A DNA stretch of 64,000 nucleotides from Terriglobia bacterium (GTDB lineage Bacteria; Acidobacteriota; Terriglobia; JAJPHL01; JAPKYU01): NCBI GenBank assembly GCA_965206645.1, contig CBDBKE010000001.1, positions 224,001 to 288,000 on the forward strand. Direction: 5' to 3'. The notes under the pieces were generated by a model that was not told the origin of the DNA, made no database searches, and saw only the letters and a program-made list of their open reading frames with translations. Positions 30,067 to 40,659 of the stretch are shown one piece after another. The position numbers and the translations under genes were made by a program. Numbering within the stretch: position 1 is the first letter of the stretch; every line of letters begins with the position of its first letter.

Positions 30067-30762
30067 TTGATGACTGCATCGGTTTCCGCGCGCCGCTGGC
30101 GCCAAGCCCAACGGCGCGAGCTGGATTTCTGGGAGCATTGGGGGGAACTTCCTGCCTACCAGGGCCTGGACCTGGAAAGCTACTGGGCTGGCGAGCGGAG
30201 GAAATTCGTCTTGCCGCCCGACTTCTTTGCCGGTCGCCGGGTACTGGATGTGGGCTGCGGTCCGGTCGGGTTGGTACACTTCCTGCCCGAAGCCGGGGCA
30301 CGAGTGCGCCTGGATCCGCTGCTGGTCGAATACCGCGGACGCCTGCCGTTGGCCGAGCCGCAACTGTCGCTGGCTGCAGCAGGCGAAGCCCTGCCGCTGG
30401 CTTCGGCAAGCTTAGATGTGTGCATCTGCTTCAACACATTCGACCACATGCGCGATCCGCAGGCGGCTCTGGCTGAGGTCCACCGCGTCCTGCGCCCGCA
30501 CGGAACGCTGCTGGCCATGGTCCACAGCTTTCCCGCGTGGGTGTTGCCGCTGCTTTGGCCAGATCGGCTGCATCCGCACCATTGGACCCATCAGGCCGCC
30601 GCGAGACTGCTGAACCGGCACTTCCATGTGACACACGCCCATCGCGCTCGCCGCCAGTTCCAGTTGCCTTTGCGTGCAATGCTGAAGCCCTCCGGATGGA
30701 AGTATGCCGCTGGCAACTTCGTCTTGTGGGCCAGCTATTTCACGGCGCAGCGACGCGGCTGA
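30067..30762 (+). CDS. Class I SAM-dependent methyltransferase
   Basis: VLDVGCG and EVHRVLRPHG motifs. Confidence 0.85.
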   Translation: MMTASVSARRWRQAQRRELDFWEHWGELPAYQGLDLESYWAGERRKFVLPPDFFAGRRVLDVGCGPVGLVHFLPEAGARVRLDPLLVEYRGRLPLAEPQLSLAAAGEALPLASASLDVCICFNTFDHMRDPQAALAEVHRVLRPHGTLLAMVHSFPAWVLPLLWPDRLHPHHWTHQAAARLLNRHFHVTHAHRARRQFQLPLRAMLKPSGWKYAAGNFVLWASYFTAQRRG

Positions 30763-30797
30763 GCACCGGCGTTCACGGCGCAGCGGCCCGGCTGAGC
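30739..30797 (+). repeat. 33-bp-period imperfect tandem duplication of the gene 3' end
   Basis: TTCACGGCGCAGCGACGCGGCTGAGC followed by TTCACGGCGCAGCGGCCCGGCTGAGC. Confidence 0.8.
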
Positions 30798-30846
30798 GCC
30801 CCGCCGTTCGAGCCAGCCAACCGGGTGTGCTAACATCGTTATTTAC

Positions 30847-32328
30847 ATGGCGTTCCGGCTGTACAACACGCTGACCGGTCGCGAGGAGGAGTTCGCGCCG
30901 CTGGAAGGTAACCTGGTCCGCATGTACACCTGTGGGCCGACCGTCTACGACTACGCGCATATCGGCAACTACCGCACCTTTGTCTTCCAGGACATCCTGC
31001 GGCGCCACCTGAAGGTCAAGGGTTACCAGTTGCTCCACGTCATGAACATCACCGACGTGGACGACAAGACCATCCGCAACGCCAGGGCGGCCGGAGTGAG
31101 CCTGCGGGAATACACCGAACGCTTCATCCAGGCATTCTCCGAGGACACCGAGAAGCTGCGGCTAGAGAAGCCCGAGCGGACTGCCCGGGCCACCGACCAC
31201 GTCCCGGACATGGTGGTACTGATCCAGAAACTGGAAGCCAAGGGATTCACCTACCGCAGCGACGGCTCTATCTACTTCCGCCTCTCGAACTTTCCCGACT
31301 ACGGCAAGTTGTCCAACCTCAATGTCGCCGGCATCCTGCCCGGCGCGCGGGTGGACGTGGAGGAGTACGAGAAGGAGCACCCACGCGACTTCGCATTGTG
31401 GAAGGCGGCCAAGGAAGGCGACCCCTACTCCTGGGACACGGCGCTGGGCCGCGGCCGCCCTGGCTGGCACATCGAGTGCTCGGCCATGTCCATGAAGTAC
31501 CTGGGCGAAAGCTTCGACATCCACACCGGCGGCACCGACCTGATCTTTCCCCACCACGAGAACGAGATCGCGCAGTCGGAAGCGGCCACCGGTCGCCCGT
31601 TCGTGCACTTCTGGCTGCACTGCGAGCATCTCATTGTGGAAGGGCGCAAGATGTCGAAGTCGCTGGGCAACTATTTCACGTTGCGCGACCTGCTCGATAA
31701 GGGACACAGCCCCGAGGCCATCCGCTACCAGCTGGCCTCGGTGCCCTATCGGCGGCACCTGAATTTCACCTTCGACGGGTTGCGGCAGGCTGCGGCTTCC
31801 ATCGAGCGGCTGCGCAACTTCCGGCTGCGCCTGGGCACCGAGACCTTCCCGCCCGGCGAGCCGGAGCAGGCCGCCGACCTGCTGCGGCGCGCCTCCACCG
31901 AGTTCGAAGCGGCGCTGGACGACAACCTGAACACGGCCGCCGCTCTCGGAGCCGTGTTCGAAGCGGTGCGCGAGCTGAACACCGCCGCTGACGCCGGCAC
32001 GTTTGGGGCCGGCAACGTGGCGGCGGCAGTCGGGCTGCTGGACCACTTCGACCACATCTTTGCCGTCCTGGAACCCCAAGTCCCTCTCGACTCGCTCGTT
32101 CCGTTAAGCCAGCCGGTTCCTAACGGGACCGCGACGGGACAGCAGCAGCAAGAAGGCAAGAAGCTGGTCCGCCTGCGTCCAGAAGAAGTGAAAGAGAAGT
32201 TACGGCAGCGGGCGGAGGCCCGCCAGGCCCGCGATTTTGCCCTGGCTGACCGCATTCGCCAGGAATTGCTCGCGCAGGGAGTCGTCGTCGAAGACACCAA
32301 GCAAGGCCCCCGGTTGAAGCGGAAATGA
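30847..32328 (+). CDS. cysS: Cysteine--tRNA ligase
   Basis: CGPTVY, HIGN, GRPGWHIECSAM and KMSKS motifs. Confidence 0.98.
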   Translation: MAFRLYNTLTGREEEFAPLEGNLVRMYTCGPTVYDYAHIGNYRTFVFQDILRRHLKVKGYQLLHVMNITDVDDKTIRNARAAGVSLREYTERFIQAFSEDTEKLRLEKPERTARATDHVPDMVVLIQKLEAKGFTYRSDGSIYFRLSNFPDYGKLSNLNVAGILPGARVDVEEYEKEHPRDFALWKAAKEGDPYSWDTALGRGRPGWHIECSAMSMKYLGESFDIHTGGTDLIFPHHENEIAQSEAATGRPFVHFWLHCEHLIVEGRKMSKSLGNYFTLRDLLDKGHSPEAIRYQLASVPYRRHLNFTFDGLRQAAASIERLRNFRLRLGTETFPPGEPEQAADLLRRASTEFEAALDDNLNTAAALGAVFEAVRELNTAADAGTFGAGNVAAAVGLLDHFDHIFAVLEPQVPLDSLVPLSQPVPNGTATGQQQQEGKKLVRLRPEEVKEKLRQRAEARQARDFALADRIRQELLAQGVVVEDTKQGPRLKRK

Positions 32329-32432
32329 CACGGCCTGCAACTCCTGCCTTGGCCCGCCCCAACCTGTTTGGCTGCGACTAGGCCCTGCCCTTCCCGAGTC
32401 CAGGCGGACCTCGCGGTGAAGGTCCCAAGCGA

Positions 32433-33429
32433 GTGCCTGGAAGAAGCTCAACGCGAGGCCTAAGATTGGCCGGAGGCTGGAGGCTTGAGACGCTGACGGA
32501 GGGCCGGTTTTGCGGGGCGATGCTGGGTGTCGCGGTCGGCGATGCGCTGGGGGCGCGGTTCGAAGGCGTTGGATCGGTGGACCCGGATGAACTGGCACAG
32601 TTCGCCAGTGATCCGGGTCCGCTTCGCTACACCGACGACACGCACATGACCCTGGGGCTTGCGCGGTCACTGATTGAAAAGCAGGGCTTCGACGCCGCGC
32701 ATACCGCCGAGGTATTCGCCCGAAACTTTGAGCAAGAGCCGTGGCGCGGCTACGGGTCTGGGCCTGCCGCACGTGTTCGGCTTGATGCGCCAGGGTATGC
32801 CGTGGGACCAAGCGGCGGGAAGCCTGTTTGGCGGCACCGGTTCCTACGGGAATGGGGCAGCCATGCGAGTGGCGCCAGTGGCCCTATTTGCCTTTCGAGA
32901 TTTGGACCGGGTGGCGCGACTGGCGCAGCAGTCCGGTGTGCTCACGCACACTCACGAGCGCGGTGTGGACGGTGCGGTATTGCAGGCTTGCGCGGTCGCT
33001 CTTCTGCTCGAGGCCGAGCCGGGGCGACCGCTGCACGCTCCTGCCCTGCTTCAGCAACTGGCTCGGCGAGTTCAGACGAAGCTTTTCCGCGAAATCCTGG
33101 AATTGCTGGAATCTCTCCCCGCCGACCTGCCTCCGCCCGAGGCGGCGTTGAGACTCGGTAACGGGATCGAGGCCTTCCGCTCCGTGCCCACAGCCCTGTA
33201 CGCCTTCCTTAGGCATCCCGACTCGTTTGCCGGTGCGGTCCTTTATGCGATCCGCCTCGGCGGAGACACCGACACCATCGCCTCGATGACGGGCGCCTTG
33301 TCTGGTGCGTATCTGGGCGAGGAGGCGATCCCCACTGGGTGGCGCGAACGCGTCGAGGACGCAGCGGAACTTCGGCGCCTGGCGCGCGCCCTCTTCTCGC
33401 TCCGCCATCAGCCCTCCAGAAACCCGTGA
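32433..33429 (+). pseudogene. ADP-ribosylglycohydrolase (DraG-like), frameshifted near 32760
   Basis: GDALG and YTDDT in one frame; GNGAAMR and GGDTDT in another. Start uncertain. Confidence 0.82.
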
Positions 33430-34301
33430 GCCAGGCGCCAGTTCAGTCCCTGCGCAGGCCGGACCACTTCGCGTTCCCACATCGTCAGCGCTGTGGCGGG
33501 GTCGGGGTCTCCCAGGGAAAAGATGGTGTTGATGAAGACGTCGCGGAAATCCCATGGGTCCATGTTGAACCGGGACGCCACTTCGGTCTGGAAGGCGGCC
33601 ACTGATTTTCGTCCGTTAGCATACCGGGTCGTTTCCTGCAAGCCGCACAGATAGGCGCGAACCGTTGCGGCATGGGCCACCTTCAGGTTCACCGCGACGT
33701 GCATTTCAAAATAACCCAGCACGCCCTGCCGAACGGGAAACACGTGAAGCGATCTTTCCACCGCCCGGCGAATCCGGCTGACCGAGGGTTCTGAGCCGAT
33801 CATGCCGTGAACCTGCCCAGCCAGCAGAGCTTGGACGCAGTCTTGCCGGGTCTGCATGGCGATCGCCGGAGGAACCTCGATCCCCCAACCGTGGCTCATC
33901 AGACTCAACCGGGTGCCAAAAGCGGAGCCTGACAAGAACCCGAACGTCTGTCCCTTCAGGTCATATACGGATTCAATCCGTTGCGTGGCGATTCCGGCGG
34001 TGAACAAGCACGAAAGGGAGCAGACCCGCCGGCAATCCGGTCCCAACTGATTTAGCAAGTCCCCCGGCACCAGTGCGAGTCCCACTTTGCCCTTGAGCAG
34101 CAGCTCGAAGCCGTCTCCTCCGCTTCGCGTCGACTCAATTTCCGCCAGAACTGCGTACTGCTTTTCCAGCAGCCGGTAGGGCTTCCCCTCTTCCGGCTCC
34201 CAGGTCAGCATCAAGGAGGGAATCACCGACAACGTCTGGGACTGGCCGATGTGCAGCCGCCTGGCGGGACGCCGGGAATTGAGAATCTGTCCCAGAGCCA
34301 T
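33408..34301 (-). CDS. Putative SsuA/NMT1-like substrate-binding domain protein, probably N-terminally truncated
   Basis: IESVYDLKGQTFG...ALLAGQVHG..GSEP; no signal peptide. Confidence 0.45.
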   Translation of the reverse strand: MALGQILNSRRPARRLHIGQSQTLSVIPSLMLTWEPEEGKPYRLLEKQYAVLAEIESTRSGGDGFELLLKGKVGLALVPGDLLNQLGPDCRRVCSLSCLFTAGIATQRIESVYDLKGQTFGFLSGSAFGTRLSLMSHGWGIEVPPAIAMQTRQDCVQALLAGQVHGMIGSEPSVSRIRRAVERSLHVFPVRQGVLGYFEMHVAVNLKVAHAATVRAYLCGLQETTRYANGRKSVAAFQTEVASRFNMDPWDFRDVFINTIFSLGDPDPATALTMWEREVVRPAQGLNWRLAHGFLEG

Positions 34302-34650
34302 CGTTGATCCAGCGCAACGACTAGAGGTCGCAAAATTGGACCGGAAAGCCGCGGGAGAAAGGAAGCAGCAGGAAATTCTGCTCGGGCAGGGCGAGGCCGA
34401 ACGAAAGCGGTTGATCGTGCGTGCCGACGGATCTCTGAAACAAAAGCTGGAGGCTTATGTGTAAGCCCAGCAGCTCTGGGCGAACGCGTATGCCAAGCGT
34501 CAGGTCCCGAATCTTGTGATGGGAGGGAATGGTGCTGGAGATACGGATAAAGCCACCAGTGACTTTTCCCGAATGATGCAGCTTCTCGTTGCCGGCCAGA
34601 TGGGACTGGATCTGTCCGTCCCGAAAGGTAAGACCGGAGGTGGACGGTAA
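34300..34650 (+). pseudogene. C-terminal fragment of an SPFH/band-7-like coiled-coil protein with an internal stop
   Basis: GEAERKRLIVRADGSLKQKLEAYV*AQQLWANAYAKRQVP...MGLDLSVP, with TAA at 34462. Confidence 0.55.
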
Positions 34651-34752
34651 CCGATCACGTGGCAGGTCCGCAAGTACCGGCCATTGTATGCTACACCGGG
34701 GTGAAGAACGGCCCGGGCAGGCCGCTTGGGTGCTTTCTCCACGATTGGAGCA

Positions 34753-36015
34753 ATGAACGCGGGGCAGCGAACTTCGTGGCGCGGGGTGATTGGGCCGGGC
34801 ATTCTGGTGGCGGCCACCGGCGTGGGCGCGGGTGACCTGCTGACTGCCAGCCTGGCCGGCTCTAAGGTCGGGCTGGCGATCCTATGGGCGGCACTGGTGG
34901 GCGCGATGCTGAAGTGGACCCTGAACGAGGGCATAGCCCGCTGGCAGATGGCCACCGAGACCACACTGCTGGAGGGCTGGGTGACCCGGCTGGGAAGCTG
35001 GATTCAGTGGGTCTTCCTGACTTACTTCTTTGTCTGGACGTTGATGGTCGGCGGCGCTCTGGTGAATGCCTGTGGAGTGGCTGGGAGCGGGCTGCTGCCG
35101 CTGGGCGACGCGAACACCTCCAAGATTGTCTGGGGCATCATTCATTCGCTGGCAGGCCTGGCTCTGGTGTGGGTCGGAGGATTCGCCTTGTTCGAGAAGG
35201 TGATGTCGGTCTGCATCGGCGGAATGTTTGTGTGCGTCCTGGTGACGGCGGCGCTGGTGGGGCCCGACTGGGGCGCGGTAGCAAGCGGCATCCTGACGCC
35301 CAGCATCCCGGAGGGAGGCCTGCCCTGGACGTTGGGCATTCTCGGGGGCGTCGGCGGGACGGTGACCCTGCTTTCCTACGGTTACTGGATTCGCGAGAAA
35401 GGCCGCACCGGGCAGAGCGGCGTGCGGCTCTGCCGCATCGACCTGGCGGTGGCCTACGTGCTGACGGCGCTGTTTGGCATGGCGATGGTCATCATCGGCT
35501 CGCGGATCCAGGTGGAAGGCCAGGGAGTCAGCCTTGCGATTCAGCTTGCCGAGGAGCTGGCGGTGGCGCTGGGCCCGTTGGGCAAATGGGTTTTCTTGCT
35601 GGGATTCTGGGGCGCCGTGTTCTCCAGCCTGCTGGGCGTCTGGCAAAGCGCGCCGTATCTGTTCGCCGACTTTCTCAACCTGCGCCGCGGCCGCTCCCAG
35701 CCAGGTGTGGATCTTTCGCGGAACCTTCCTCAAACCCGGGCCTACCGTGCCTACCAGATAGCGATCGCGGTGGTCCCGCTGGCGCTGCTGTGGGTCAGCG
35801 TTGAGCGTATCCAAGTCGGCTATGCCATCATGGGCGCCCTGTTCATGCCCCTGCTGGCTCTGACCTTATTGCTTATGAACAACCGGGTTCGCTGGGTAGG
35901 GGCGCAGTTTCGGAGCGGCTGGTTCACCAACGGGCTTCTGACCATCACCCTGCTGCTGTTCGCCTATATGGGTGCGCTACGGCTTTGGAGGCTGATGGCG
36001 TCCACCGGTGGCTAG
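34753..36015 (+). CDS. Nramp-family divalent metal transporter
   Basis: GPGILVAATGVGAGDL motif; about 11 TM helices. Confidence 0.88.
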   Translation: MNAGQRTSWRGVIGPGILVAATGVGAGDLLTASLAGSKVGLAILWAALVGAMLKWTLNEGIARWQMATETTLLEGWVTRLGSWIQWVFLTYFFVWTLMVGGALVNACGVAGSGLLPLGDANTSKIVWGIIHSLAGLALVWVGGFALFEKVMSVCIGGMFVCVLVTAALVGPDWGAVASGILTPSIPEGGLPWTLGILGGVGGTVTLLSYGYWIREKGRTGQSGVRLCRIDLAVAYVLTALFGMAMVIIGSRIQVEGQGVSLAIQLAEELAVALGPLGKWVFLLGFWGAVFSSLLGVWQSAPYLFADFLNLRRGRSQPGVDLSRNLPQTRAYRAYQIAIAVVPLALLWVSVERIQVGYAIMGALFMPLLALTLLLMNNRVRWVGAQFRSGWFTNGLLTITLLLFAYMGALRLWRLMASTGG

Positions 36016-36172
36016 GCTGCCGGTGGTTAGGCTGAAGGTTGAGGGAATTGAAGGTTGGGCCTGAGAGTTGCCCCGCTGGTATCCAGTCGAGGGTGGACTT
36101 TGAGTGCAGGGTATAATTGGGAAGGGAGTGCGGTCTTCGCGTTCCTCGCAGTGAAACTGGTCTCATCGGCTG

Positions 36173-36712
36173 ATGCCGGCTCAAGCGCTGATCCTGGACG
36201 TGGGCTGTGGGCGCAACAAGTACGACGGCGCCATCGGCGTTGACTACAATCCAGACACGGCGGCCGACGTCCTCTGCAACCTGGACCGGCCGCCCTACCC
36301 GTTTGCGGACAGCCAGTTTGACGAGGTGCGGGCCATACACGTCATTGAGCACGTCGCCGATGTGCTGGCCACCATGAAGGAGTTTCACCGGCTGGCACGC
36401 CCCGGTGGCAGAATCGTCGTGGTGACCCCGCACTACACCGACTTCAGCTCCTTCTGTGATCCTACGCATCGCTGGCACCTGAACAGCTTCAGCTTCCGCC
36501 ACTTCGGCGAGGACCACGGAGGGTTTGGCTACTACACCCGGCAGAAGCTGCGGGAGAGACGGATGCACGTGCGGCTGCTCGCGTTGTGGCGCTGGCTGGG
36601 CTTCGAGTATCTGGTGAACCACTCCCGCCGGTTCCGGCGCTTCTGGGAGTATTACCTCTGCTACATCGTACGCGGCAAGGTGCTCACCTTTGAATTCGAG
36701 GTGCTGAAATAG
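36173..36712 (+). CDS. Class I SAM-dependent methyltransferase
   Basis: LDVGCG, HVIEH and DPTH motifs. Confidence 0.88.
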   Translation: MPAQALILDVGCGRNKYDGAIGVDYNPDTAADVLCNLDRPPYPFADSQFDEVRAIHVIEHVADVLATMKEFHRLARPGGRIVVVTPHYTDFSSFCDPTHRWHLNSFSFRHFGEDHGGFGYYTRQKLRERRMHVRLLALWRWLGFEYLVNHSRRFRRFWEYYLCYIVRGKVLTFEFEVLK

Positions 36713-36814
36713 GCGTCGTGGACGGGTTGGACCTAGCGCGAGCACGGTACAATGAAATGAGGTTGACGGCGGAGGCATGTTGCCACCTATAAGGTCCCGT
36801 AACGGAAGAGCCCC

Positions 36815-37273
36815 GTGATTTGGCCGCACCTGCTCCGCCGCACGCTCGGTTCTTTGCGCCAGGCCGGCTGGGTTGGAGCGGAGGCTGCTTTCGGAGCGCA
36901 GGGAGAAGAGCTCGCGTACTGGTACCTGCGCGACCGCGGCTTCACCCTGGTGGCGCGCAACTATCGCCACGCAGGAGTCGGCGGGGAAGTGGATCTGATC
37001 GGCTGGGATGGCGAGACGCTGGTTTTTGTGGAGGTCAAGACGCGCCAGTCGGCGGAAGTGCGCCAGGCCGAGGACGCCGTGGACCGGGAGAAGCGGCGCC
37101 ACCTGGTGCAGGCGGCGCGCGATTATCGGCGTTGCGCCCATCTGGAGGTGCCTTACCGCTTCGACGTCGTCAGCGTCTATCCGCATCCAAACCGAGGGCG
37201 GCGGCCGAGCGGCGAGCCCGTAGTGGAACACTTCCGCGACGCCTTCAGTGAGACCGACGGAGGCGTGCCATAG
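36815..37273 (+). CDS. yraN: YraN (UPF0102) family nuclease-like protein
   Basis: GEE.A..YL, RNYR...GEVDLI, LVFVEVKTR and RFDVV motifs. Confidence 0.9.
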   Translation: MIWPHLLRRTLGSLRQAGWVGAEAAFGAQGEELAYWYLRDRGFTLVARNYRHAGVGGEVDLIGWDGETLVFVEVKTRQSAEVRQAEDAVDREKRRHLVQAARDYRRCAHLEVPYRFDVVSVYPHPNRGRRPSGEPVVEHFRDAFSETDGGVP

Positions 37274-37322
37274 CCGGCGATGCGGGAATGGCCGCCGAGC
37301 TGCCTTACCGAGGAGGAAGCGG

Positions 37323-38333
37323 TTGCCTGAGCTGAGGAAAGACCCGATTACCGGGCGCTGGGTGATTATCTCCACGGACCGGGCCAAACGGCCGACCGAC
37401 TTTTCGGTCGAGCCGGCTGAAATCCGAGGCGGCTTCTGCCCGTTTTGCCCTGGCCACGAAGATAAGACGCCGCCGGAAATTCTGGCCTACCGCAGCGATG
37501 GGAGTGGGCCGAACTCGACTGGCTGGTGGGTGCGCGTAGTCCCCAACAAGTTTCCCGCCCTGTGTATCGAGGGAGCCGTGAGCCGACAGGGCGAAGGACT
37601 GTTCGACAAGATGAGCGGCATCGGCGCCCACGAGGTGATCATCGAGACGCCGGTCCACGGGCAGACGCTGGCGACGCTGCCGGAAAAGCGCGTCGAGGAC
37701 GTGCTGTGGGCTTTCCGCGACCGGATGATCGATCTACAGCGGGACAAGCGCTTCCGCTACGTTCTCATTTTCAAGAATCACGGCGCACCGGCCGGCGCCT
37801 CGCTGGAGCATAGCCACTCCCAACTGATTGCGCTGCCCATCGTGCCCAAGCGAGTGCGCGAGGAGGTGGACGGGGCGAAAGGCTACTACGCCTACAAGGA
37901 ACGGTGCGTCTACTGCGATATCATCCGCCAGGAGCGGGATTCCGGCATCCGGGTGATCTCCGAGAACGAAGACTTCCTAACCGTGGCGCCGTACGCGCCG
38001 CGCTTCCCGTTCGAGACCTGGGTCCTGCCTAAGGAGCACGAGTCGGCCTTCGAGAACTCGCAGACGCATTTCTACGAGAACTTGGCGCGGGCGCTGAAGA
38101 ACCTGTTGATGCGGGTGAACACGGTGCTGGAGATGCCCAGCTACAACCTGGTGTTCCACACCTCCCCAGTGAAGGAAGCGCCCAACAACTATTATCACTG
38201 GCACCTGGAGATGATGCCCAAGCTGACCCGGGTGGCCGGCTTCGAATGGGGTACCGGCTTCTACATTAATCCGACACCGCCGGAGGAAGCCGCCAAGTTC
38301 CTGCGCGAGGTGTCCCTGGAGCCAGCCGGCTGA
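37323..38333 (+). CDS. galT: Galactose-1-phosphate uridylyltransferase
   Basis: PELRKDP, CPFCPG and GASLEHSHSQ motifs; TTG start after GAGGAGG. Confidence 0.95.
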   Translation: MPELRKDPITGRWVIISTDRAKRPTDFSVEPAEIRGGFCPFCPGHEDKTPPEILAYRSDGSGPNSTGWWVRVVPNKFPALCIEGAVSRQGEGLFDKMSGIGAHEVIIETPVHGQTLATLPEKRVEDVLWAFRDRMIDLQRDKRFRYVLIFKNHGAPAGASLEHSHSQLIALPIVPKRVREEVDGAKGYYAYKERCVYCDIIRQERDSGIRVISENEDFLTVAPYAPRFPFETWVLPKEHESAFENSQTHFYENLARALKNLLMRVNTVLEMPSYNLVFHTSPVKEAPNNYYHWHLEMMPKLTRVAGFEWGTGFYINPTPPEEAAKFLREVSLEPAG

Positions 38334-38412
38334 GCGGCCGGGCGGAGGGGCTGCACGAGCCGGGATGGCAATTGACCCCTGCGCCGCAAGGGCGGTAGAA
38401 TCATTTTTGGGC

Positions 38413-38487
<75 letters not shown>

Positions 38488-38498
38488 GGGTTTCCACG

Positions 38499-38521
38499 GC
38501 CCCCGTGGCGGGGGCTTTTCT
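38499..38521 (+). terminator. Possible intrinsic terminator
   Basis: GCCCCCG-TGG-CGGGGGC followed by TTTTCT. Confidence 0.45.
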
Positions 38522-38550
38522 GCCAGCGTCGGTCACGCCTTGCGGGAGGT

Positions 38551-38625
<75 letters not shown>

Positions 38626-38756
38626 ATATCTTTCAGCTACTTGCCTGACAACACGCCTGTTAGCCCCAAAACCGTTCTTGCTGCTCGATGACGCTGATTG
38701 CCGGTGAATGTGGCCTTTTGAGGCAGAAAGCCGGACCAAAACCGGACGGGCTTTTT

Positions 38757-38879
38757 TCACTGGACCAACTCCTTCGCCCGCTGGGCTTCGATGGCGGCAC
38801 TGTAGCGTGCCATGGCCGCCTGTTGGTGGGCCTGGCTGATGTGTACGTACCTTTCAACCATCCTAATCGAGTTGTGCCG
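38757..38879 (-). pseudogene. Tyrosine integrase C-terminal remnant
   Basis: Manual translation gives HNSIRMVERYVHISQAHQQAAMARY...VQ*, matching box II with the catalytic Tyr. Confidence 0.65.
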
Positions 38880-38964
38880 GTTTTGTTCCCGCACAATTCC
38901 CGCAAACTGCGTGCGGTTAGGTCCTTTGTTTTGAAGCGGAGTGCATGTAAGCTGTTGGCTGGTT

Positions 38965-39014
38965 CTACCTTGACACGGTAGAGGTCAGCGGTTCGAGCCC
39001 GCTCGGGCCTACCA
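38965..39014 (+). other. 3' half of tRNA-Val(GAC), att-site remnant
   Basis: CTACC-TTGACAC-GGTAG AGGTC AGCGG-TTCGAGC-CCGCT CGGGCCT ACCA; no D-arm or 5' acceptor strand. Confidence 0.85.
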
Positions 39015-39069
39015 CTCGTTTCAATCACTTCCGATAATGGCACGGTGAATTCACCGGAGGGAGGGAACG

Positions 39070-40047
39070 ATGAGAACTTTTCTGCTTGTATTGCTGGTTG
39101 GAGCGCTGGCAGTGGGCAAGCTGTCTTCCCAGAGCGCGACGCCCCCTCCCGGCCGCACTGTCACAAAGGCGGAATACGAACGCTGGAAGATCGAGCTTAC
39201 GAACTGGGGACGATGGGGCCAGGACGACGAGATCGGAGCCTTGAACTTGATTACGCCGGCCAAGCGAAGGCAGGCGGCGGCTCTTGTAAAGGAGGGCTTC
39301 TCGGTTTCCCTCGCAGGGGACGTTGATACCGTTCAGGCTGTTGACAATTGGTATCCCTATGAGCACACCATGCTGACGATCGGGAAGGACCGAATCGCGG
39401 TCAATTACCACGGGATTGCCCATTCGCACGTCGATTCGCTGGCCCACATGAATGCGAACGGAGTCTTCTATAACGGCTATACGCCGGATCCGGAAACGGT
39501 GCTCAAGGAAGGACACTCGAAAAACTCTATCCACAACGTAAAGAATGGCATCTTCACCCGCGGCATCCTGATCGACATTCCGCGACTGAAAGGTGTGCCG
39601 TATCTCGAACCCGGCACGCCCATTTACGTGGAGGATCTCGAGGCGTGGGAACAGAAGGCAGGGGTGAAAGTGTCGTCCGGGGATGTGCTGTTCGTGCGCA
39701 CGGGCGTGTGGGCCCGCCGGAAGGCCAAAGGGCCGTGGCTCCGAGGCAGGAGAGAAGGCGGCCGCTCGGCCGGGCTCGATCCCTCGGTGATCCCGTGGTT
39801 GAAACAGCGCGACGTCGCGGTCATGGGGAGCGACCATCCGCAGTATGTGTCCCCGTCGCCTCTCACGGCAGCTGTTCACGATTTCGCCTTGATCTACTTG
39901 GGAGTCCACTTGTTCGACAATCTGGATCTCGAAGCCCTTGCCGATGCGGCGGCCGCCCGAAACCGGTGGGAATTTCTGCTGACGGCGGCTCCGCTGCCGA
40001 TTCGTGGCGGCACCGGATCACCTTTGAATCCCATCGCGACATTTTGA
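39070..40047 (+). CDS. Cyclase family (kynurenine formamidase-like) exported protein
   Basis: NWGRWG.DDEIGALN, HSHVDSLAH, RGILID and GGTGSP motifs. Confidence 0.9.
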   Translation: MRTFLLVLLVGALAVGKLSSQSATPPPGRTVTKAEYERWKIELTNWGRWGQDDEIGALNLITPAKRRQAAALVKEGFSVSLAGDVDTVQAVDNWYPYEHTMLTIGKDRIAVNYHGIAHSHVDSLAHMNANGVFYNGYTPDPETVLKEGHSKNSIHNVKNGIFTRGILIDIPRLKGVPYLEPGTPIYVEDLEAWEQKAGVKVSSGDVLFVRTGVWARRKAKGPWLRGRREGGRSAGLDPSVIPWLKQRDVAVMGSDHPQYVSPSPLTAAVHDFALIYLGVHLFDNLDLEALADAAAARNRWEFLLTAAPLPIRGGTGSPLNPIATF

Positions 40048-40659
40048 TGGATAGTCCGTCGAGTATGGTTTCGGCGGGAGAAGATGTATCGCTCGAAAAG
40101 GCGGCGGCGGCGTGGAAGGTGTATAAGTCCTTATGCGCCGATAGAGGTGGCCAGAAATGGATCGGTTAGTTAGTTAGGTGCCTGCCATTCTAGCAACCTT
40201 AATGTTTGCCGGAATCCCTTAAAACCCGATGGCACCATGGCCGCTCGCGAACGTATGTTGAATGGAAATTTGATGCCGATGAAGAAACTCACCCGCTCCC
40301 ATTCAAGAGTCGGGAAGAGATCCTCCAGAGCGTCCATCAAGCAAGTCGGAAGCTGAATTTTGGTGGGCATTTGAATCTCCCCAGTTATCCATAAATGAAA
40401 TGGCGGAGCCCCGGGTGCTCGGCTCCGGAGCCTATGTGGTAAACGCTAACCGACTTGTGAGGACCTATCCGCCGGATCTGAGGCAACCGTCTTGTACTCA
40501 GAGGCTTGCAGCCATATTTAAAACCCACGGCTGGAACAAGGCGAACCTCATCACTTGCGTCATTACCAAGACAACCGAAGCCGTCCGGCCTGGCGAATCG
40601 GCGTATCATTCGCCCGAGGGAAGAATCAGCTGCCCTACCGTTTGCCATAGGAGTCCTAG

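Noticed and set aside
35945-37387. 480-aa minus-strand ORF and similar long antisense ORFs
   Set aside because: They are shadows of well-supported genes in high-GC DNA and have no motifs.
38940-39014. Functional tRNA-Val
   Set aside because: It lacks the 5' acceptor strand and D-arm; the same applies to 51264-51305.
40047-40650. Short ORFs, including a possible DUF4157-like fragment at 40170-40370
   Set aside because: Too short and degenerate to support a call.
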